NCBI GenBank assembly: GCA_040954595.2
Contig: CM082596.2
Coordinates: 4,457,025 to 4,521,024 of the forward strand
Reading direction: 5' to 3'
From: Balanoglossus misakiensis
Taxonomy: Eukaryota > Animalia > Hemichordata
Length of the DNA stretch: 64,000 bases
Under the pieces are notes generated by a model, which saw only the letters and a program-made list of their open reading frames with translations, was not told the DNA's origin and ran no database searches. Made by a program: the position numbers and the translations under genes. Below are positions 27,878-41,055 of this stretch, piece after piece (position 1 is the stretch's first letter; every line of letters starts with the position of its first letter).

Positions 27878-30660
27878 CAGTAAGGGATGTCAGTATACCA
27901 ACCTATCCATGTTCCATAAGGTTTAATGTTACTACGTTGATACAAAGTTCCACAGGTTTGACATAGTTTGGTAGAAGTCTGCTGCATAGATGAAAACTGA
28001 CGTGTCAGTATTTTGATAATGCCCATTGACATTGACAATTGCACGTTTTGATACGTTGCCTAACTTTTTACATAAAGTTAGATGTAATCAAATAAAATAT
28101 TGATATTGAAAATATCTTGATAATATTATTGATTGTTTCATTAATTCAATATCTGGTAAACAGATTTCGGATAGTGCCTTGATGGTATCCACAGAATCAT
28201 GATAAATGCCAAGCCATGTGTTTTGACGCTTGAAAGATAACATATTTGATAAAACGCCTTTCCTTTTTCACAATGAAATTCAATTGTACAAATCTAAAAC
28301 TAATTTAACAAAAATCCACCTTTGCTATGGGTGTATCTATGAGGGTATCAGTGTGTGACTAGAGCGATATCTGTGATAAGCGGAAATGACAGTGGACGAT
28401 TTTATCTGCCTTATATAATGTTTAGGTACGAAATTGTTGAACAAAGTGCAATATTGTGAAACATTATGGAGGAGTTTAAACTTTGACATATACATGAGGT
28501 TATGAGGAAAACCTAGCATGGGTGCAACCAGTACGAAATGGGTGTGGCACCCGTTTAAGACGATCTCTCATGAATGGTTATTATGTTGATTTGATCAAAG
28601 CTGCAGCATGCAGAAAGTCATGGAGCAAAAAAGGAGAAGAACGTTAACCGCAAATATCTAGGTCGATGTTGTGCAGAAAGGCGCGGGTTATGTGCGGGGG
28701 AAATACACGCTTGAAGCAAAAAAGTTGAAAACATTCTATCGACTTTTGATCCATTCGACTGAAATATTTTACCAAACAGTTCTACTAAGTTAACACAGAG
28801 TTTTTATTCAAAAAGTCGATTTTTTATCCAAGAATGTACACAATTATCAGCAAGAGATTGTGGTACTCTTATTCAACTGTATTGTGCTGATGCAAACACA
28901 GCCTAAGGCCTTGAAGGATTCCAAGGTTTGTTTATCGAACACCTAAGTGTAGAATCGATTTCTGTACGAAAGATATAATAATTTTGTAAACGTTAGTGTT
29001 TGAATAAAAGTATTTTATCTCAAAGCACGTATTTCATACATTAGAGCGCTCGCGATGACGTATGTAGGTCATTGATTACGAAAGGTGTCATGAGAGAAGA
29101 TAAGATCTCAACCAAGTGACTCTTCCATGATTTTAGTAAACTGATAGTATTTCATGCAATTGTCGTTCTCTTAAAAGTTGTGACTGATGTATGTAGACGT
29201 ATGGGTTGACAATCTGCTATGTAGTCTGTTAAGGTTTCAATGAAAGGAAGGCCTATTATTGATCACATGCCCCCGCGTGAGACGGTTGCCTAAGTTACGG
29301 TGCCAGCGAACAATTCCCTGAATTGGAGCTCGCTGGAATTCGTTTGGATGTTTCATACATGGAAGTCACCGCCTACCGCTATGTCGTACTCAGGGACCAA
29401 ATCAATGCGTGCGCATTGTGTGTTTCTTTGTTTATGCAAAACTGGGCGATAACAATGCACAGCCAATTTATGACTGACTGGTGATCTCATCAAAAGGACG
29501 GACACAAACATTTCCTGAAATTATCTAACATTCGTGGTAGTCGTGCCCGTAATTATGTGTCACTCACTGCATTAACAGAAATTATCAAAGTATTGACAAT
29601 ATGTGGCATTTAAAACATGGGACGTCAACATCGACATCGGAAAATCCCCCATTACGTTGAGTTCGTGCATCGAGGACACAATAATCCCCTCTCTGTTTGC
29701 TATTTATTAATTCATGAATTAAAAACCAGGAAAGCAGGTGGCCAAGGACACAGATGATAACGGTCTTGCCTCAAATCACATGAATTGTCGTAAAATGATG
29801 GTATACAGAAAAAGGTTGAAGAATCCAATTGGCATATGACACCAACTGAGCTGTCAAGTAAATTGAAGCTGTCAGTGAATTTCAAAACATGTTCTTTGTA
29901 ACATAAATGTTAACAGGTTTGGTTGTAGGTCTGTTAAGTGTACATCATTTCGTAAGCTTATTTAAGTTTAATGGAACATGCTTATGAATAATACTATCGC
30001 TGCGGATTTCAAGATGTACAGTTTTGTTAAACTGCGTCGACTGGTTTTCCCCATCAAGCATATATCATAAAAGGAAGATCCACACAGTGTTATTTAAGTG
30101 GTTTAGTTTCATTTCATCAATTGGCACATGTCATATATTCTGTCCTACTACAATCTTCCCTTTTTATGACTTTTAAGTTATCGAATAAAAAATATATTTA
30201 CTGGTTTACACAAGTAAATGACCAATTGTTTAGGTATGAAGGCAAAATGATTTTAAGAAATAGATTTTTTAATCCAATGGAGAAAATGATTTGAAAGTGA
30301 TACTTTGTCTAAAAATGTTGAACGATTCTTCAGTTGAAAGGCTCCTGGGTCAGCCGGACCCTAATTGCTGCATGAAGTATATCAAAACGCTTCATACCTC
30401 ACCAACACCAATGTTAGCATCACATTTGAGACTCGCAGCGCCCGTAGGCATTCATTTATCTGCTATATATAACATGAGAGGACTGAGCGAATTTGATGAA
30501 AAATAGTGTCGAATATCGCCTGTCATAACAGTCAACGCTGCAAATGGGCAGTTTTCAAATGGTTTCTATACATCACGATTAAGTGCAAATCACCTCTTGG
30601 CGACTGTTAATTAAACATACGGCTTTGTGTCGTCATCCATCAGAGGTCTTACTCATGTGG

Positions 30661-30675
30661 GTCTCTTGTTTGCAG
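30661..30675 (+). other. Candidate 3' splice acceptor for the GPCR coding exon (implies an upstream non-coding exon)
   Basis: gtctcttgtttgcag|agattc: pyrimidine tract plus CAG, ~175 nt before the ATG. Confidence 0.45.
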
Positions 30676-30849
30676 AGATTCGTAGCAACCACTGGCCCCT
30701 CCCACCACATTATTAGCCGCACTCAACACGAGTATAACTCCTTTCGTTTTTTTCCCTCCGTCATTGCAGATACCGCCGCGGCAATGAACGGTGGTGCATA
30801 CAGCGCAGTAGACGACCACCGACGCTAGCTGTTTGCCGGGACCTGTAGG

Positions 30850-31953
30850 ATGTCGCGGGAAATGGAAGAAGCGGCCGGAGAAACGTTCCCAATGCGGCAG
30901 CCCCTGCAGTATGACTCCTCCGAGGATTACGCGTTCCTGTTGGATTTTTTTAACAGCAGTCTGCAGCCCTCCAACAGCACCCAGGAATTGTCCGCCTTCA
31001 TGACGATCATGACATCGACCATATTCTCGGTGATATTTGTGGTGGGTGTCGTCGGCAATACTTTCACCATCTACGTCGTCACGCGACGAATCAAACTTAA
31101 AAGCACGACCAGCGTCTACATTCTGAGCCTCGCGTGCGCCGACCTGCTGTTCGTCTTCACAAGTCCCATGTTCGCCGTGCAGTTTCTACTGGGCCCGGAT
31201 AACAAATTCGGCGAGCTTGGGTGTCGTCTGATCGACGCCATGGACATACTGACAATGTTGACCGGTGTTTTCACCCTCACTGTGATGAGCGTCGATCGCT
31301 TCTTCGCCGTGGTTTTCCCGCTCAAGGCCATGGCGTACCGATTGCGTGCCATTGCCTCTTACGTAAACATCGCGGTGTGGCTTATAAGCTTCGTCTTTTC
31401 TCTGCCAATGATAATTATGGTGGAACAGGACGTAGCCGAAACACCTGGTGGCTCTGTACGAGTCTGCAAAAGTCTCATGGACGAAGAGTTTGATAAAATA
31501 TACAAGACAGTCATTTTTGTGTTTGCTTTTCCGATACCGTTTTTTATCATCAGTATATGTTACTTAACTATTATCTCGACACTTCTCCGTAAGAACGGAT
31601 CAGCTGTGATCGCAGAAACCAGTAAGTCGCGACAGTCGAAGCAGCGAGTGGCCAAGATGGTTCTCATTATCGTCATCGTCTTCTTTATTTGCTGGCTACC
31701 CTTCTGGATAATCATGATGCTTGTAGTGTACGGGGTGATACAGCCCACCAAGGAGTGGTTGTTCCTCAACCTGGCTTTGGTGTGTCTTTCCTACATCAAC
31801 AGCTGTGCCAACCCGCTCCTCTACACCTTGCTGAGCCACAACGTGCGGCGAAAGTTGCGGATGCGCGGCAGCTCAACTGTGGTCAGTGACCGAATCAGCG
31901 AGGCCAACACAACGCCCTTAAACCGGAAGAGTATTCGGTGCAAGAACATGTAG
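30850..31953 (+). CDS. Class A (rhodopsin-like) neuropeptide GPCR, urotensin-II receptor-like (SSTR/UTS2R/MCHR group), 367 aa, intronless CDS
   Basis: Seven hydrophobic segments with GN (TM1), LACADL (TM2), C..DRF (TM3), W (TM4), FPIP..Y (TM5), CWLPFW (TM6) and NSCANPLLY (TM7). N-terminal NSS/NST sequons and an ECL2 Cys are present. TM3 DILTM..FTLTVMS and TM7/H8 CLSYINSCANPLLYTLLSHN resemble remembered UTS2R motifs DFLTM..FTLTVMS and [20 protein letters not shown]. GPCR call is near certain; subfamily is moderate. Confidence 0.95.
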   Translation: MSREMEEAAGETFPMRQPLQYDSSEDYAFLLDFFNSSLQPSNSTQELSAFMTIMTSTIFSVIFVVGVVGNTFTIYVVTRRIKLKSTTSVYILSLACADLLFVFTSPMFAVQFLLGPDNKFGELGCRLIDAMDILTMLTGVFTLTVMSVDRFFAVVFPLKAMAYRLRAIASYVNIAVWLISFVFSLPMIIMVEQDVAETPGGSVRVCKSLMDEEFDKIYKTVIFVFAFPIPFFIISICYLTIISTLLRKNGSAVIAETSKSRQSKQRVAKMVLIIVIVFFICWLPFWIIMMLVVYGVIQPTKEWLFLNLALVCLSYINSCANPLLYTLLSHNVRRKLRMRGSSTVVSDRISEANTTPLNRKSIRCKNM

Positions 31954-32938
31954 ACGGCTCGGATGAGAACTGGTGTAAGCGGCCATTTAAAGTGCCACTG
32001 CGTGCGCTCGCGCGACTATCGGCTCTTGGCGGAATTTGACGGTAATCTGACGAGGCAATATACCATTTCCTGAGTAATACGTGATATTGTGCAACGTGTA
32101 TATTCTTGTCAGCGACAGTTGTGTGCTGTCGATCAGGGGAATTTCAATCATCACTCACTCACTCAATCCAGGAGGGACAGTTGCGACAACATCGATCGAT
32201 AACAGTAAGAAAGTAACAAATCCTGCGTCCTTACATGCAATTTCTTGAACAAACGAGAACATGAAAAGAGACACTTGATTAGGACAAATTGACATGCATT
32301 TTTAAAACACTCATCTGTAAATATTTGGGAATATTTGACTCATCTGCCAAAGCAGAATCGCCTAATCAGTGCTTTAGTTATTACAGTAGCCGTGTGACTG
32401 GTCCTGCCCTGGTCATTTTTTCTTAAGATTGTTTTAAAATAATTCTGACGCTATGAGAAAGAGACGCTTTAAAATTAAGGGTCGTGCGGATATTTTTATT
32501 TTCTGAGGGGGGTTGCCGTCTACTGCAACACTACTCAGCTTGATATTTTTTCTCATTATAACATTTTTCCACCTTGTTGGTGAATCAATCTCGATCGTGA
32601 TGAATAACTTACAATGTCTTGCAAAGTCAAACTGTACTCGTTGCTATTTCGTTGTTGATTGATTGTGTAACTCTTGCTAAAATGATTTAAATGAATGAAA
32701 TCCCATGGCACGGCCAGTCTGTATATAGTCGCTTACATATTTGAAACATACAAATGGCGCAAAAGTAGATGTATATAGCTAGATGAATATTTTGTGATAC
32801 GCTGCCTGTCAATGCAATCCTAATTCCGAAGACTACAGACTAGACACGATTCTGCTAACAACAATGTTATATGTTAAAGAAGACTCACATTATTGGAAAT
32901 CAGGCATTGCATGTGAAGATATGCGGATAATATATAAT

Positions 32939-33196
32939 AATATGTGCTGTTCCGATTACATATTTAAAAAAAATGATAGGTAGGTAGAGAAATTGTTTTA
33001 TTTTGCGATTTTTTTATATCTCTGGCCGCCATTGTTTAGAAGAATGACGTCATAGTTCTCGCGTGATTCGCTCAATTTTCATAACTGTTGTATATTTGAC
33101 ATCGTTATAATTACTTCCGGGTTAACGAAGCTCTAAAAAGTTTAGGGTCAGCGGGTTAAAATTAGGGTAGGTCGGGTAATCGGAACAGCACATATT
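32939..33196. mobile_element. MITE-like element with 20-bp perfect inverted repeats
   Basis: aatatgtgctgttccgatta (32939-32958) and taatcggaacagcacatatt (33177-33196) bracket ~220 bp of non-coding sequence with repeated tagggtaggt/tagggtc motifs. Confidence 0.7.
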
Positions 33197-36157
33197 TTTT
33201 TATTTTGTCAATCCAAAGGCAAAGTAATCTATTATATTTAATCCGACATTTGTTTTCAATATCAACATGTTCTTTTCTGATTGTAGTACAATTGTTCGAT
33301 ACTGTTCACTGGGGAACTTTCTTTCATTATAGTATTTAGAATCACGATCACTAAGCTTCTATGAACACATTCACGTTAAGCACGGAACTTCTATTGATGG
33401 TGCGAAATCATTCATTCAATTTAGTATCGCACTATTATTTACCATACACGAATGTTGCAGTTTTTCAGGAGATTTCCAACTTTCACATTTCTTTCGTAAA
33501 TTGTTAGTCCTTTGTGTTTCTCAGTGTGATGTTTTCAATCTTTTTACTATTCAAGTACGAACACATCATTCTTTTTTCTGAAATATGAGATAAATGTGTG
33601 TGTCTGCAAAAATGCAGCAAAACCTTAATCTGTTTAATAATCATTATTCGTACACTTAGAGACCGCGTCGCAGCTATTGAATGTGGCGCGAACAATGAAA
33701 CGACTGGGATCTGCATGGAGCGAGCCAACTAATTAGTATTCTGCGCACGCAGGCGCGGACGCCCAATAACGCAGACGACTGAGCACTAATCAATGCCAGA
33801 TTGAATCGAATATTGTCCCCCACAATCGAAAATCCACGACAGAAATAGCGTATTATTTTATCGATTTTTGAAGCCATTTATGGTCGCAAGTAGAACTGAT
33901 TTGCGGAGAGTGTCACACGAACCAGTCGGTCGTATAAAAGCGGTGCCACTTCAAAGGTGTATTTTGACGTTCGCGTTTCTGACTCGACGGGTTGGATGAA
34001 TGGTTCTGACCTCACGGAGAAATGTTGGATGTCAGTGTTACCATTTTCATAATCCAGGACAATTCTGAAATTTGCATGCAACAGTTTGCAAGAACGTAAA
34101 GCACGCCGTACACTCATTTCCTTTAGGGATTGTGTTCGGTTGACACACACACAGATAATCCGATAACGATTCGAATGGAGATTATCAAGTCGCGCAGGAT
34201 GAAGTTACAATACTGATATCATCGTTTATATTCATATGTAATAATCCGATATCCCTTTTTCGTAAAGGAAGGAAGTCTTCACATTTCAAAATCACGGAGT
34301 CAACGTTTGGAATTGTGTACATACATTCAGATGGAAATGATAGCTACAATGTGATGGATTAGCGCCCATGGCAAATGCTGTGGATCCTATTACACAGATA
34401 GTAGAGTATACGTGCGTATAGGTGCAGTGGAGTGGATGACAATAGTTCTATCCCCTATTGAGATTTCTCTTAATTCTTTAAGCAGTCACCAGATGACATG
34501 AAACATGTAGCCAATGCATGTGATCATGTATATGGTGAGGAGTTGTTAAAGATTGCTGCGACAGAAAATTCTGCTGTCTTTTTAATTAAATGAATTGTTG
34601 TATACTACTGATATTTCTACAGAACACAGTACAGTACCCTACACAACACAACATTACACTACACTCATTTATGTTCATCTCGTGAGGAAACCTTGACAAA
34701 TTAATTTTATTTCCAAGGGTTGACTAGGAAAATTTAGAACTCGGTTACCTTTTGAAATGGGTCAGAACTTTTAGCTTGGCGTCGCAATTGGATTACATAC
34801 GTTCAGTTGTTCCAAACAACCAGAACCAGATATAATTGCACGTGGTACGTCTGTTCCGCGGTTACTGACGACAGAGAAATTGGGCTGTTGACAGGTTTGT
34901 CACGATACACATGCTGCGCAGTACAAAATATGTACGTTAGCGCGCACGGCAGGGTGGCCAGGGTCTTGCTGTACGTGTTGGCATACAATGGACGTCCCAG
35001 CCGAGAGCTGGTCGTTACTATACATGAGGCAGCTCACCCCTTACTTATCGCATACCTGCGTGCGATTATTTCACAATAGACCATGGACGGTGGACGTCAC
35101 GGCACTGTGTGCGCGCATAACATTTCGCTAATTATTTCCCAACAAATGCGTAAAATATCCATTATAGACATACAACTTAATGGAAAGTGTCCAAGTTATT
35201 GAATAATTGGTTACGGTATTTATCCTATTGGTCCCAGTACTCTAATTGTGCATTGTGCAATGAATGTTACATAGGGTTAAATTTTAAAACTGTTGATTTG
35301 ATCGTGAGGAACAAAGGGACCAGCTTAATTGAAAGTACTACGGCTTTCTAAAATATGTTTTACACAGAATTTTTTAAACTATGAACCGGCACGCTGTCTC
35401 TAAAAATATGCCTCTGGATATCGTAAAGCGCCCAGCTATGCTGTAGCACTCATTGCTGGCTGCGTCTGTTTTTCAAGCACTGTGCATTCCCTCTAGGGTC
35501 CACTGTGAGGCACGTGGATTATATTAATGAAACTAACTTGCGTCATTATGGTAATTGTCTCTTTGTTCTTCCTGATTTCCGAGTTACGCAAAAAACGGTT
35601 GATTTCTTCCCAATGCATGAAATGCCTCAAGTAAATAAAAAGTAATGTGAACTTTGTCTCGTTTTGAGCCGGCATTAGGCTTTGAGGTAGCTCAGCCACA
35701 AATGCTTCCCAGACAAATTGGCGTCGACCTACATCATGTCATTTTCAAAAAAGAACGTGTATCTTGACGCACCTTATATGCAAAACAAGTTCATTAAAGC
35801 GCTCTTTACGTGCATGCGAGTATAATAGACTAACACGAATTTACACATCGTTTGGTAAATATAATAACGTCGGGGAATCGCAGTTGAACATTCAAATTGC
35901 GAAAAGGGGTGATACCAGGATGATGCGAAGCTTTACAAATTATTCGCAGGGAATGTTTTCTCAGTCTTCGGTGCTCGTTTGGATAGTATACAACAATATC
36001 ATTCTTGCGCCAGACAATTCTCTCAACCTGCATTTAGTTTATTATGGTAAACTTTTAGGACACCTCCTTAAGATACATGTTCGCATATGAGGGGTTTCAT
36101 TAGTTTAATACTTCGAATCCTTTTGTGAATTTATTATCTATTTTTTTAAATGTTGTA

Positions 36158-36244
36158 ATCACTCACTCGCTCAACCAATTAACCAACTGTCCAGTCACCT
36201 AACCCATCCACCGACCCACCCACCCACTCACTCAATTACTCACT
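36158..36244. repeat. Degenerate tetranucleotide microsatellite (CACT/ACCC/ACCA)n
   Basis: atcactcactcgctcaaccaattaaccaac...ccaccgacccacccacccactcactcaattactcact. Confidence 0.7.
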
Positions 36245-39200
36245 GGCAACTGTGTACCGGTACATTTGATGGCAAAAGTCTGCAAAAACATTACACTAAT
36301 AGGCTGGCATTATTGCAAAATCACACGTAACTCAATGACAGTAGTAAGGATTCTCTGTAAATGAACAAAGAACGCAACCATACATCTGTACGTTTTCTGT
36401 TTTCTTGCATTCTACAGTTTATGAATTTTTTGGACGCTCTAGGCTCTGTGAAAGTATATTGCGTTTGCCAACTGCAGCTGTTTATCTCCATATATTTAGG
36501 TCTATTTATATTTTCCATTGGACTCACAACCCTCCTAGGCCCGTGAAGTCTGAGGGGCTATTATTTTAGTGGAACAGGCGACATGCTACCGCGTAGGTTG
36601 ATAATGTCAAATGGGGATGTATTATAGGGACCTGCTGTTTCTCTTATTAAATAGAAATAATGAACTTCACCAGAAAGCGTCGTGTCTGGACTCCGAAACT
36701 TCTCTCGGGTACGATTTCCATGAGACTTTCAAAGTGGATTGGGGAACGAGGTCACAATTACTTTGCGAACTGAAAGTAATACGGACGTCTTGGGATGCTT
36801 CTCTGTAAATCAAGTCTTCCTGTCTATGCAGATTCAAGCCCAGATCTACTTTTTGCAAATAAACAGTCGGAGGTGTATTGCTATCCGTCGGCCCGACTGT
36901 GCAGAATAAAACTTTATTATTATGACCTACTGTTCAAGAGATCCTTTATGAGATGATGTCGACATCATATGAAATGAAATTTTTCATCTCGCTGTGAATC
37001 ATCTTCATTGAAAAGTCTATACTACTAGTAAATCATGGACGACCTGACTATGAAAGCTATGTACAGAACCCTGGAAGAAACACCCTGCACAGTTGAATGT
37101 CTGTTTGATAACACCGCAAAGTCAACGTAACCTGAAACACATCTTTTGTACCGTGATGAGTATGTATAAAGCAAAGTTAAAAAAGTTTTCCGAGAATTTC
37201 AGCCACGTAGAGAACGCTTGCAAACCATTATTCAGTACACGGTGTCACAGTCACATTGCCCGATAGTCATGTCGATATACTGGACATTGACTGTAGGCGT
37301 AATTAGACAAGCAAGAGGCACTGTTAGATCACCCCGCACACATAAATTATCAATTAGTCGATAACATGTGTTTTTGACGGAGTGTCATGACCCGGGGAAA
37401 TGATTGTATTGATTTACTGAGCATCATCACCTTGCCTGCACCGAGGTTAATCTAACTGTCTATCAGGTAATATAACACACTTACACGGCCAGAAAATTAA
37501 TACCTTATCATGCGAACAGACGTCAGAGGGTAACCACTGATGCAAGTTTGAAAATGTGGCAAATTTCTTGCTGGCGGGCGGTCGTCTTTTAATATTTTCC
37601 CTATATCCGAATAATCTGCATTTCATTAAGATTGCTGTAAAACTTCAGAGGGCAACATGATGATATGTGTACATCATCATTGCCGTAATCGGGATGACCT
37701 GATCTCACAGCTATTAGTGGTGTTAGTTCTAGTTTGTTTCGCCAGTGGGTCCTGGGATGGCTACAAGCATTTATCGGGAGCTGTCCAATGTATCAGCTCA
37801 ATTTCATATTACAACGTTTCCAAAGTTTTTCCAACGTAATGAAACAGACCCCATGGCCACTTCAATTACTTTCCCCGAACAACTGATGCTACAGACAAAT
37901 TACACCGACAAACATCTCGTTTACTAACGTCATTGTGGAAATTATCGCCAGACTTATAACGGGGACATCGATAAAAACTTAGAGCAGAGATCAGATCCAT
38001 CTAATCATGGTAATATCACGGTCTTGTTTTATTAGATGGTGCGATGAAACATACACTCCTTAGGGTGCTATAAATAATGATTCGACCCAACTTATTTGTC
38101 GCCTTTCTTTGATGCCATTATGTGCTTTCATTGGAGCATCGTTTTGACGTATCATTACACACTTTTACTAGGGGAATCTGTTTGCCACAAATATATTGGA
38201 AAGCACAAGGCGACACAAGTTTGAAACTAGACATTTCTAGGCATATCAAAGTGGTATAGAGGAAGGTTTACATTCTTATTTTATCGACATCCCTCAACAA
38301 AGATTACAAATTCGTCGTTGCTATTGACGACAATCTCTCACTTCAAAGCAGATGTCACATAAGATGAATTTTGCAGAAGGCAAATCAAACACCTATCAAT
38401 ATTACGTGTCATCTTCAAAGGGAGATTCGGTTTGGAAATGTTTATAGTTGCACACTGTTGATCTGTGACCTGGTTTTACAAGTGTGATGTCATCGTTTCA
38501 AAGCTGCCATCAGTTATTTATTGCGCGCTGAAACAGAGAACACAAGCCTCTACAATATAATCTGTACGTGTCTGGCTTGTTCTATCTGAACCATTCTGAA
38601 ATAGTTCTCGAGAAGGCCAGCACATTTTACGGCTTGACGCAAAAGAAGTGACACCTTTATATATTGAACAAATCACTTAATGATGAAAGGTAATGCCGGC
38701 ACACATGTTCTCCGCTCAAACGCACAATAAATAACCGAAGGCGACTTGGAAACGACGGCATCACCCGGGAAAAGTTGTTGAGTTTTGCCGTATGTTCGTG
38801 AGTGCGCATGGAGATTACTCGACAACAATGAGTCACAGCCTTGACAAAACAAATTACCTGAAACCGCCTATGTTATTGCTATTCAACATAAATTGAACAT
38901 CTCGGATGGATTGCAACATTCGTGAGACAGCATTCTCGGAGAGCTGATATTAAATTTGCTGTTGTCAAAGCTTAAAGAGCTTTTATTTTCACAACTACTA
39001 CTGCTGAGCTAGTTTAAGAATATTGTATCTATACACATGTTTAAGGCCCATAGTTTTAAAGAATAACATCCATTCATTAACTTCATTTTGTCATGGTAAT
39101 TATTATAAATGGTGTGATCAAGTAAAAAGGAAATATGTACTTTTGATTGAGGATATTCAAAGACATTACCAAAATGATATAGAACCTGGAAATTGATAAA

Positions 39201-41049
39201 AAATCAGTCAAATCATAAAGAAGATCGACGCTAAACGAAACCGCCACTCAATCTTGAGAAGGAAAACTATACCTATTTAAGTCTGCAAGCGAGTCATTAC
39301 CAGAAAATTGCTATTTTAAAAGGGAAATTTTAGATTTATGCTTGGTTTAAGATTAATCAAGAGGGGTCATTGTATGCTCTAGGCTCATCAAGCCCTGGAG
39401 GGGACAGTGTTTTGTTTCTAGGAAAGCTACAGAAAATTTAGCATCATCACGAGACTAATGAAAATAGCTCTCAACATATGACATATGCATTCAGCGTACG
39501 TCGGGGATGGGTGTTTATGTGCCCCCGGGGGTTGATTAACGCAGCAAAATAGGGTGATGTTCAGACGTGGGGTAGGTTATCCGAACAAGCAGAGACAGTG
39601 ATTCCGGACTCAGTCTCATCTCGTCCACAGTGATTCAGTGGCGCCGATCAAACCACCCTCCCTGAAGGCATCACGCCAGCAGAAGATCACAAATCGGGAC
39701 ATGTGGAAAATGGATGACGTGAATCGAATTCCTCTGCATCTAACTATCGTTCCATCTTCATTCTTAGTGATTAAGATAATTTTCGGCGGTCAGCTCCTCT
39801 GCAGTTACTTCTCATCGATTCCCCCCTGTGCATGGTGATTACCTTGACGTACAAACTAAACCCACTCCATCGATTATCCTTAGCTTTCCTCAGACGAGTC
39901 TTTGAAAAGTACCCTGTGACATGGATTGAAGCCCAACTGCAATAAGCTTGTACTTTATGTTTTGAATGATATCGCTTTGCAGATTTTATCTTTATTTTCA
40001 ACAGTTCCTGGGCGATTAAAAGTCAATACCACAGGAGGCAATAGCAAGTATTCACAGGAAACCCACTGAAGTACATTATTTGCCAAAGAAAACAAATGGA
40101 GTGATCTTTGATGGTGAAGCCTATACGTATTAATTATGAACACACTTTTGTATCTGTTACTGTAACATTTTCACACGAGGCAGATGGTACTTGTAAGCGA
40201 CTGGGCTTACGTACATGATTGGGTGTCAGACAAGACTAGTCCACGGAGTGCACTTGCGCAAAGTCAAGCTGCAGTAGTGATACATTTTCTGTCTCTTTCT
40301 CGCAAATGCTGACACTTCACGGCAAATCTTATTCTCACTCTATCCACTATCTCATGGGTTCAGCTAGTCCTTGTTAACTCACTGAAAATCTACAATCACC
40401 TTAAATTGCCAGAGGTACTTTTCGCTAACAGTTACTCGAGTAATTTTATCTGGGGATCCTGTTTATGGAGTGAAGCTGATGATTCGTTTACCGGTCAGAT
40501 TTTATGTCATACGTTATTTATCTCTTGGGATTAAATATTAAGTCTCGTTTTTCAAAAATCATTTTATTATCTTTACTGATAAGCAAGAAAACTCTTATCA
40601 GCAGTCGGTATGTGTCAAATGCAGTTATTATTTCATATTTATCTGGTGTATGCTTCACACTGTGACATGTCTTGCTGTCTCATCGTACGAAATTGCCATA
40701 TATTTTGCGTCTCGAATTTTCTTCCGTGACAAAAGGGGGCATTGTATACCATTGAACATATTTCTTATTCATAGCATCACGAATACTACAGATAGAACTC
40801 AGGCACTGCTTCGTCACAATCAACACGACACTAGTCATGGATAAAAAAGACTTAATACAGACTTTAGAAAGTGTCTTTACAAAACCGAGCTCTAGCAACC
40901 TGCATGTGTTTACGACAGCAATTCGAAAACCCCACACTTTACTTGAATCCAACCAGGCCAAAGACTCAGACTCCTACAGTTTGCTCTGTTCCGTTTCAAT
41001 GCAGAAGCTAATGATAGGTTGCACGCAACCTGGTTCCAAAACACCTTCC

Positions 41050-41055
41050 TTTATT
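41050..41055 (-). terminator. Candidate polyadenylation signal (AATAAA, - strand) for B3GALNT2
   Basis: tttatt on the + strand, ~2.2 kb beyond the stop codon. Other sites are possible; there is no transcript evidence. Confidence 0.3.

Noticed and set aside
31116-31889. Antisense and alternative-frame ORFs over the GPCR
   Set aside because: Shadow ORFs caused by GC-rich codon usage.
36953-36968. 16-bp perfect palindrome atgatgtcgacatcat
   Set aside because: One of this length is expected by chance in 64 kb.
37657-37927. Short ORF with a hydrophobic stretch (LLVVLVLVCFASG), and a second frame repeating MATSI twice; considered as a neuropeptide precursor for the GPCR
   Set aside because: No dibasic cleavage sites, no Cys-ring/FWK motif and no supporting gene structure.
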